A stretch of 64,000 nucleotides of DNA from Auanema rhodensis (taxonomy: Eukaryota; Animalia; Nematoda), in assembly GCA_964057225.1 (NCBI GenBank), contig OZ059894.1, forward strand, positions 5,766,001 to 5,830,000, in the 5' to 3' direction. Positions 54,802-64,000 of this stretch are shown here, piece after piece (within the stretch, counting starts at the first letter, position 1; each line of letters begins with the position of its first letter). A program made the position numbers and the translations under genes. Under the pieces are notes generated by a model. The model saw nothing but the letters and a program-made list of their open reading frames with translations, ran no database searches and was not told the origin of the DNA.

Positions 54802-57800
54802 ATGATGAATGAGGAAAACTGTCAAACGGTTCTGATTCATTTACCCAATGAGAGTGTTGTCTATAACTGGTTTGAGTAAGTTATTATATATTCATTTTTA
54901 TACTTTTCATCAAATTAATCAAAATTTCTTGCTTTCTTGCCAATCCTACATAGTTCATTTTTGTTTTATACTATTCAATTTATTCAAATATATTCTTATT
55001 TGTTTTCAGAGACTTTCATTTGAAGTATCAACCGATACACACATATGTATCTATAATTATGTGTATATTCGGAGCTCTTGCCAACTTTTGCAATATTGTA
55101 GTTTTAACAAGGTAATTGTTTTGTTTATTTATTGGTTTAAAATATTTTTAAAGATTTACTGAATATATAACTATATTCATCTTTTAGGCCGCAAATGCGA
55201 ACTCCTGTTAATATGATATTAACGGCAATGGCTTGTTGTGATACAGTTGTTCTATTTTCAAATCTTGTTTATACAACACATTATTCATTTGTTGCTTTCA
55301 AAGATTGTCATCCAAGAAATTGGAATTATAATTGGGCTTTATTCATTGTAGCTCATGCTCATCTATCACTTGTTGGCCATAGCAGCTCTGTTTGGTTATC
55401 AGGTAATTTTTAATCTCACATCTATCATACTCCCAGCGTGAAACATGAAAACTGAAGCTTGTCAAAATAAATAAAAAGCAAAACTAAGTGATATGGGAAT
55501 ATTTAAAAAAAACTGAATTGTAGCTATTGTATTTTTTTTTGGAAAAGTTAACTTGAAGATTGCATTTGATTGAAGTTCGTTCGCCTACACGCCGTTTTTG
55601 CGCATAAAATGACTACAATTTGCATACATTGAGTTGAAAGAAATTACTCTTTTTCTTTAATCTTTTACATATTTTAAGCTTTTAGTTTATCGAATATACA
55701 TATTTAACTATTACGTTTGTACAAAATCAATGTTTCAAATTTTTGAACTAAAAATGAACATGTTATGTGAAAAAAAGATTCACATACGACACTTTTGCAC
55801 AATACTTATATGCTGAATTTATTTGCGTGATGATTATAAAAAAGTTCACGTTTTACGTCATTTTTCACGTTAAATTTGCATCTAATTCAATAAGTCTACA
55901 AAGATAATTTTATTTACATTTCACCTTATGAGAAAAGCGGTTGCATTACGTATATAGTGCAGATTCATATTTTCAAAACAATTATTTCAGTAATGCTAGC
56001 TCTTATACGTTATTTAACTTTACGAAGTCGCGGTAATATGGGTGGTATGCAGGTATAATATTTGATTGTTATAGTTTTATTTTTTTTTTAAATTATAGAT
56101 TGGCTTAAAACATTCATATATTGCCATTGCTAGCACTGTATTGTTTGTTGCTATTGTTAATGCACCGAATTTCCTCACATATAAGATTAATGAGGGAAGG
56201 TAAGTAAACAGCTATTACTTTTAACACAAAACACTTTTTATTGCTTATTGCTTCATAATTTTTTTTCTTCAGATTAGCAGAAGTTTGTGAAGTGAATGAT
56301 CCACTGGTATCTAATGCTTCGTCATATATGCCTGTAGTTGCCGATATTGCATTGGCTCATCATTGTCTTGTTAGTTCATTTTCTTTTTTTTTTGGTCTTG
56401 TAGTTCAACAGTGAAACAAAGTTTGAAAAATGAGTAAAAAAAGTGGTGAAGAAGAGAGAAGCTGAGGAAATAATTGATCACACGAAATTATACATAGATT
56501 TATTACAGGTTTTCCGATTGGCTTTCTGGATTTCCGGTCTTGTATTCAAAGTTATGCCCTGTTGTTTGCTGTCTATATTCGTTTGGCTGTTGCTTAGAAT
56601 TCTTAAAGAGGTATTACTTATATAGCATTGCGTTTTAACCAGTTCATATTTTATTTTTTGAGAATCTTCATATGTAAATATGTAGTTGTTGTTTTTTTTT
56701 GCACGATCTATCTTATGATGAATAGTCGATAAGGTTATAACTATTTAGGTAAAAGCAAATCGACAGCGCCTGCTGAAAAATTCAAGACATACACCGAGTG
56801 CAACGCCTACACGGAATGCTTGGGTTGGATCTCTGCCTGGAGAAAAATTACATCGAGGCAGCATTAAGTAAGTATATTCAAATTTTTCTGAAGCTCAAAT
56901 TGGAAAAAAAGTATGTAATAAACGGGCTATGCTTACAATGCCACTACAAACAAATTACAACTTTCAGTTAAAAAGGGAAAGAAAGAAATAGATTTTAAAC
57001 ATTTTCATTATTAAAACAATTGTTTTTTCATGTTATAAACTTTTTTTAGGGGTCGAGGCGAGCGTGCTGACCGTACGACTCATATGTTATTGGCTATTGT
57101 GGTTGTTATGCTAGTCACGGAAATGCCTCAGGGTATTATGGCTCTTTTATCTGGTATATTATCACCTTTTATTTATATATGTTATTGATGCATATTCTTA
57201 AAGAATTGAATACGTTGAACAAAAAAACAGAGTGGATAAAAGAATTCAAGAATCAGAGTGAGAAATGAAAAATAGAAATATCTCATGAATTATTGTTGAA
57301 GCTAAATTCTTAAAAAAGAATAATATTCTAAAACAGAACAAGGTGTTCCACTAAACATACTCATATATAAAAAAGGGCTTGTTTTTATGATAGTGCATTT
57401 TCTCTATACTCTTTAATAAATTGAGAGAATGAGTATGAATTAGAGGGGATAGAGCGATAGAGGAAGAAGAGGATTGGAGGAGAGGGGGGATGAATAGAGG
57501 TAATCTTGATTATGTAGTCAGATGTAGCACACCAACCCAACCATAATTCAAAAAAATTAGCTCAAAACAAAACTTTAAGCATGCTGAGCATAACTATAAT
57601 TTGTTGGGAAAGAATAAATTTAAGCAAAACTCTCCAATTTGATGTTTTAAAATAATATAAAAACAAAATAGAAAATGTGAGACAAGTTTTATTTTTTTTT
57701 ATTAAAAATTTTGAACAAGTAAATATTATTGTGAAATTTGACTTATTTTTAGAAGAAAATGCGAAGTGAGAAGGATAAAAATAATAAGAATGAAATATTA

Positions 57801-58864
57801 TATTCATTAAAAAATATATATTTATATAGTATTTAATATAAATTCTATAAGTATGAATTAGTATACATTTCTGTCTATTTTAGGTATGTTTTCGGAACAA
57901 TTTCGAACACATATTTATAATCGAGTTGGAGATGTTCTGGATCTCTTATCATTATGTGGTGCTTGTATGTCTTTCATTATTTATTGTTCTATGAGTGGAC
58001 AATTCCGTAACGTAAGTATATATTAACTTCTTGAATTTCATTTAGTAACCTATTCAAAAGGGGGAAGAGGGGAAGAGGATAGTATTTTATTTATTTTCTA
58101 TCTCACACAAAAACAGAGATAATAAAATAAGATCTGAATATGATATTTGCAATTTATAAATATTATATACATATACAATATAGATATAGATATATATATA
58201 TATATAGTAAAATTAAATAAATAACGTATATATATATCGTTTTATAGGAGTTTAAACGTGTATTTCTTCCAAGATTTTTCTCATGCAAAAAGAAAGGTCC
58301 AAGTATACGAAGACAATCTGATACTTATACAAAAATGACATATCTAAGAGCAACGGATTGCAAGAATGGAAACGGATCTATTTGCTCCGATGCTGATCGA
58401 ACAACTATGAAAGTAAGATTTTCAAGTTTTAATATAAATGAAATAAAATAACTTTATCATGTCAGCTAATTAAAAAAGTTCTAAAACATATTTAATAATG
58501 TATAAGTTTCGATTAATTTTTTGAAGTAGATCAAAGAAACATATTTAAATTTCAGTTACTTGAAACAAAACATGGTTTACAGTGTAGTAGCATGGATATC
58601 AGCCGATCTTATAACGAATTAGCAACTTCTCCATCTTCTGTGCAACAGTTTACTCCATCGCCTGTACCGCCAAAAACGGATACAATGCCAACAGTCGAGT
58701 CAATATCTGCTGAATCCACTTCTAGGTAATTTGATTAATATCAAGACTTCAATACTTCAATACTTCATTCTTTAAGGGAAACTATAGATGATGAAACAGG
58801 TCAACTGTTTATAGCAATAAGTCAAGAAAAGGAACAAGAAAGTCCTCTGATAGTTGATGTTTGA
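54802..58864 (+). CDS. dmsr-1: Myosuppressin-receptor-related class A neuropeptide GPCR, DMSR-1 orthologue, 13 exons
   Basis: Exons 54802-54875, 55010-55111, 55188-55402, 55991-56052, 56099-56199, 56273-56369, 56509-56610, 56749-56867, 57050-57153, 57884-58011, 58248-58412, 58556-58725 and 58777-58864, all GT-AG and in frame. Peptides ANFCNIVVLTR, MRTPVNMILTAMACCDTVVLFSNL, LRSRGNMGGMQ, GRGERADRTTHMLLAIV and SFIIYCSMSGQFRNEF match C. elegans DMSR-1 as I recall it; seven hydrophobic segments. Confidence 0.93.
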
Positions 58865-60307
58865 AGGAGAAGGATGTTGTTAGATATTACCTCATTTTCG
58901 TACATACTTATAATTATTTTTCCAAATTCTTTTTTCTCAGCCTTACTTCTTATATCGGAGTAATTTTTGAATAATAACCTTACTATAAATATTTAAAAGA
59001 AATTTATCCAATGATAAAAAAATGTTATTTAAAGCTGAGAGTTAAAATTTCAAACTAGTTTCAAAATAAAATGATGTTTCATTTATTTGAAAACAAGATG
59101 CCTAGCTTTATGAAGCGTTTTTTGAATCATTTTTTTTAATTTTAGAAAACATTTGTAGAAGAACAATTGTTTTTTCCTGTTTCTTTCAGCTACAAGTATT
59201 TGAAAAATTAATTTTAACCTAATTTTATCATCATTTAACCCTTCTATTAGCCAAATAACAACGGGTTTTAATATACTGTTCAATATTTTTTGAAAGAGAT
59301 TATTGTTTTTTTTTAATTAGCTTTGTTCTTTATGTAAATATCTTAAAATACATAAAATTTATTTTTACTACTAAATTGTTATAATTTTGTTGAGCATATT
59401 CCCTCTGCTTATTAAGAAAAGGAACAAATTGAGAATATATCTAAACAAACCCAAATAAAAGCAAAAAATTACTACATATCAATGATGGGCACAGAAGCAT
59501 TATCAGCAGCTACAATTCAGAAATCTATTCAGAGTAGTATCAAAAGAAAAACATGAAAAGGGAGAGAAGCGAGATAGATTACAAATGTATTATGTGTGGC
59601 TTTGTGTCGTCTTCTTATTTTCTTTGAATGCCAATCTGAGATGAAGTAGGGATCTTTCTTATATAATATCTTTTGTTATTCTGAGCCTCATGAACCTTTT
59701 TTACAAATATATTTAAACAACTTACTGTTAAGTATAAAACAAAACATAAACAAACAATTTTAAAATATTTATATATGGTTTTTCATAGTGAAATGATTTA
59801 AACAACAACTGCGAAATGATAGTTTGAGATCTACGAAACGTGTATAGCTTTACTAGCACTGCTATAAATGGAAGCAATTAATGAGATCACGATCATGGAA
59901 GAGAAGAAAAGAAATAATTCTTTCAAAGGAAAAAGAAGTCGAGAAAAATTATGGAAAACCAACTAATTAGACCAGGAATAAATTGAAAGAACTGTAAGAA
60001 CATGAAGCAATTAATACAAACAATATTGCACCTAATAAGCATTATTTAAGCTGTTTTTTTTCGATAAAACATTTCAAATATTCAATATAAATCTTTTAAT
60101 TCATATTTTAAGTTTTTTCTAAAATAGTTGTTGCTGATTTTCCGTAACAAATTTGTGCGTTTCTATGGACGAAACAGTTTAATATGGTAAGGTTTGTTGT
60201 GTTTGTGAAGGATCAAATTATTTGTTCAGATTAAGGATTATGTTTTAAGAGCACAGTGGAAAGAACAATTTCCAAATTCTTCTGTTCAATACATTTTAAC
60301 TTCACCA

Positions 60308-61675
60308 TTAAATTTTTTTCCTCTCCGGTGTATCATTAATAGTTACAGCTCTTTTGAAGGCAGTTGAGAGATTTCGTGAAGGTGACATAGAGCAATCTCG
60401 TGAAGGCACATTTGAAGCAAATTCACCTAAAGTAATATTCATAATGATTCGACTTTAAGTTTTTTATTTTATGTATTGAAAAATTCAATTTTTTCTAAAT
60501 ACCTGGAGCATTTGAATTTCCTCCTGGCCTATAGAAACAAACTATAGCTACGCAATTGTTCGCCGTATTCCAGTATCGAGCAGCTCCCAACTCTTGTGAG
60601 TCTCTCCAGACCATTTGTGAGAAACGTTGACATTCTACATGTATATCGTCATATATCATTTTGTAATCAATATTTCATACTTGGATTCCATTTTGGTTTT
60701 TCGAAGTCAAAAAACTTGGCTTCTTCTTCCCATGTTGAGACGACTTCTGGACCTGTTGGTAAATGAGATGATTGGTCAGCTTCTTTTAATAAAACATTCT
60801 CTCCAATACCTGCAAATAATCAAACATAGCAATTAATTTTTAGCAAATGTGTAAGTAAATTTTGAAATTATTCGAATAAAACTTGTTATTACCGGGTAAT
60901 TCAGGATATAATATACGTCCTCTTTCTGCTAATTTGACTGCCCATGCATGGGCCATATCAGCTAATTCTGCTGACCATGCTAATGGTTGATTACCGTACC
61001 TATAATATTAATGAATAAATTCAAATTATTAATTAAAATTGTGAAAATAATTTAAAAAACAAACAAACCTTTGCCTAACTGCATTATGAGCATCTAAACA
61101 TCCTCGATGAAAATTTACTTCTCCTGAAAATCAAAAATTAAACTTTCGAAAAACTTTTTGGAAATATTCTCAGAAACAGAACAACCGTGTCTGTGTTTCA
61201 AGCAGTGCAAAATGAATTCAATCACGTTGTTTTTAACATTTTTCATAAAATCTCATAACTCCGTGATATTTCACGTGTAAATTTATATTTGACAGAGAAA
61301 AAAACATACCTAAAGCTGTGTATTTACTTTTTTTAATCATATATTTAACATCAGTTATAGTTTGCATCATGTGCTTATCTAATTCTGAATCAAAATTTTT
61401 GGATCGTTCATCCCCATGTGATGAACAAACAGCTTCCCAATCATCTGATGATGAAACAACATTACTGAAAATATACAAATGATCAGTTAATAATGCTTAA
61501 CTATATTTTTTTTCTTAATAACAGCGTAGGACTTATTAACTTACTTTACCACGTTCGTTGATTTTGACTGGGGAATTTCTATAGGCACATTACCATTTCC
61601 ATTCTCCTTCGGTTTTTCAGGTATCTCCGAGTTCGACTTTCGTAATTTTTTCTTGGTAAAAAATTTTTTCATCAT
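60308..61675 (-). CDS. CAP/SCP-domain protein of the intracellular GAPR-1/GLIPR2-like type, 7 exons, ~275 aa; 5' end uncertain
   Basis: Exons 61545-61675, 61310-61464, 61069-61123, 60893-60999, 60681-60809, 60503-60634 and 60308-60426 total 828 nt. Motifs LDAHNAVRQRYGNQPLAWSAELA, GIGENV, WEEEAKFFDF, RFSQMVWRDSQELGAA, IVCFYRPGGN. No signal peptide. Confidence 0.88.
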
Positions 61676-64000
61676 ATATAACACTGAAAAAAAACATAAT
61701 CTATAACTATAAATATATAAAAACATGTCAACAAACTCTCCGATTTCTTCAAGATATTTCTTCAAAAAAAAAACGGAAGATGATATACGCATGTAAGTCA
61801 AAATAATAATGAGAGATATTAGCAGAAATTATAAATAAGAATTGAACGGGAGATAGTAATAAAGATACTAAAACTTCAAAAAGTATAGTAATAAGTTGAC
61901 TAAGTAGAGCGTATAGAATCTTGAGGAAAGCCAAAATAAAATATGTTATGACGATTTTTCGATAAAAATTTTCAAACAGTATATGAGCTCAAAAGAAGTC
62001 AAATATGATTTCAGTCATTTATCTAAAATTGTTCATCGTCTAACGCTCTCTCTCGCCCTCTTTTCCAGCTTTATTCATCTATGGTCACAAGTGAACTGAC
62101 TGACATATCGGTTTGCAGTCGATGGCTGACGCCTTAGCCACCAGCTAAGCACACTTTGTCCCCAAGGAAAACACTGAAGCTTTTAAAATCTCTGTTGCAA
62201 ACCCGACCTTCTCTTGCTCTCTCTTTCTTTCTTTTTCTCTTTCTCTCTCTTCATTCTTGCCTTCTGCTTCTTCCAGCTTTCTCGTTCATTCTTCCTTATT
62301 CTTTCAAGCACATACAAGTATCGAAGTAGTATGGAAGATTAGAGAAGAGAAGAAAAGTTTAGTCAATAGCTAGTCCCTTGACTATTTTACACTGAAATTC
62401 AAATTTTTTATCAGTAATTCAAGCTTTCAAATCAATTCGAAAAAAACAAAAAATGAGAAGCTGTCAGTTCCTCGAGGAACATTGTCAAATGTTCCAGGCT
62501 ACAAGAACGAACACACGAATGAATTGTTTAAGAGAGGAAGTACAGGTGTTCGCACTCGCGCTGAACACAATGCAGCCCTCTCTCATCCACCACTCTGCAC
62601 ACGTCAGCTAATTTGAATATAGCTTAAATCTCCCCTTTTACTAAAATATACGAAAATTTATTGTTAGTATTAAGGAAATAACAGAAATATATGATGTGAA
62701 AAGCATGGATGTTGGATACAACAGAAGAATAAATGTGGTTTAAACAAACTATCAGCATTATATAACCGAATTTTTGAATAAAACTAATGAAACACTGTTA
62801 AATCAATCTTTTGAATGTTCAAAAGTTAATAAATAGTAGAATCATTTTAATAAAAATAGTTTATAAATTTAACAACATTTAAAAAACAATATGAAATAAA
62901 ATAAAGGCTATGTAAAAAGATTTGACATCCACAAAACAATTATCTGACCGACTTTAGTTGAATTAAACAACTTTTCTTTCTCTCATTTCTTTTTTTATGA
63001 TAGTTGTGTTCAAATTTATTTGTTTACAACTGTTTTCTCGAACCTTTTTTCATAGCAAACATTTACCTCAAAACGTATGTTCTTTGGATCAATTATCAAT
63101 TATTAGTTTCAAAATTAATTATTTTAGTTAATACTGGAACAATTACAAACAAACAAACAAAACATAGCATACTCGTAACGCTTAAAAATCAAAGAAATTA
63201 CGAATTAGACAATGAAAAAGATAAAAGCGTGAAGTTGAAGACCCAGAGTGTAAGCGAACGAGGCGCGATATGGGGTACGAACACCTGGGGAGCTTTTGCA
63301 AATCATCGATGAATGACACGATTGTTTACGGAAAGTATTTCTTTTATTCTATAGAAAAGCATGAATCTGCTTCTGGTATGTATATTTTTAAAATGAAGGT
63401 AGCAGAGATATTTGGGAAAAACAAAAAAGAAAACCGAAAATTTCTTCGAATTATTATAAAAATTGTTTGAATAAGACAGAGAGTGAGGGTGTATTTAGCT
63501 CTCTCTCTATATCAGCGGTACTTTTCTCTTATTTCTCTCATTTTCATCTCTTCTTCTACTCCTCTTGTTCTATCTTCCCTGTGGTACTCTGGCTATGGTG
63601 GTAGTGGTGAAGGATGGACAGCTGCAGCTGCCCTGGTGCAAAGCCTACTGGCACACATACACAGAGACATACATACAACTGCAGGCGACAAACGGAAATT
63701 CGAGGAGCGTGCCCAAAGACATCGGACGATTCTGGGTGTGTCGTTTGAAGAAAAATGTTTATTATCTGACCGCCTAAGAAAATTTCCAAAAAAACGAAGA
63801 ACATGACGACAAAGTAAAGAACTTAACGAAGCCTGCAATGCCGAGCAGAAGAGCAAAAAATTTGTTTACTAGTTTACTTGACTATTCATTGGCATGGCGT
63901 TCTGCATTGTGCTAAATACCAGCTTATATTGAATATAATTTCATATTTTATGACTCAAAATAAAGAATATTTCAAATTTTAAGCTAAACATTATGAATTT

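Noticed and set aside
13767-58864. Peptide gene and dmsr-1 as a linked ligand-receptor pair
   Set aside because: Known DMSR-1 ligands are RFamide FLPs, while this peptide ends in GF-amide; linkage alone is not evidence.
63483-63856. Overlapping ORFs on both strands near the right edge
   Set aside because: A GC-richer patch that is open in several frames, with no recognisable domain or exon boundaries; left unassigned.

Overview
AT-rich, intron-containing eukaryotic DNA, almost certainly from a nematode: short GT-AG introns, TTTCAG acceptors a few nt upstream of start codons, and clear C. elegans-like orthologues. It is not prokaryotic, and most ORFs in the supplied track are artefacts of GA/CT low-complexity sequence. 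I reconstructed six spliced genes by hand. On the minus strand: a small multi-TM protein (12.0-12.5 kb), a neuropeptide-like precursor (13.8-14.1 kb), a secreted chitin-binding/LDLa/mucin protein resembling lrx-1 (15.8-19.3 kb), an inx-11 innexin (20.8-24.2 kb) and a signal-peptide-less CAP/SCP protein (60.3-61.7 kb). On the plus strand: a dmsr-1 neuropeptide GPCR (54.8-58.9 kb). A ~28 kb stretch with no gene I can detect separates the innexin from dmsr-1, and 1-11.9 kb also looks non-coding with CpG-rich islands. The most notable observation is an intact, diverged second copy of the innexin first coding exon (25960-26154). It has its own acceptor and ATG and a donor in the same phase as exon 1, with no downstream exons of its own. 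It suggests one gap-junction gene making two channels that differ in the N-terminal helix, TM1 and the first half of extracellular loop 1, like Drosophila shakB. Orthologue names come from recalled C. elegans sequences and were not checked by search.
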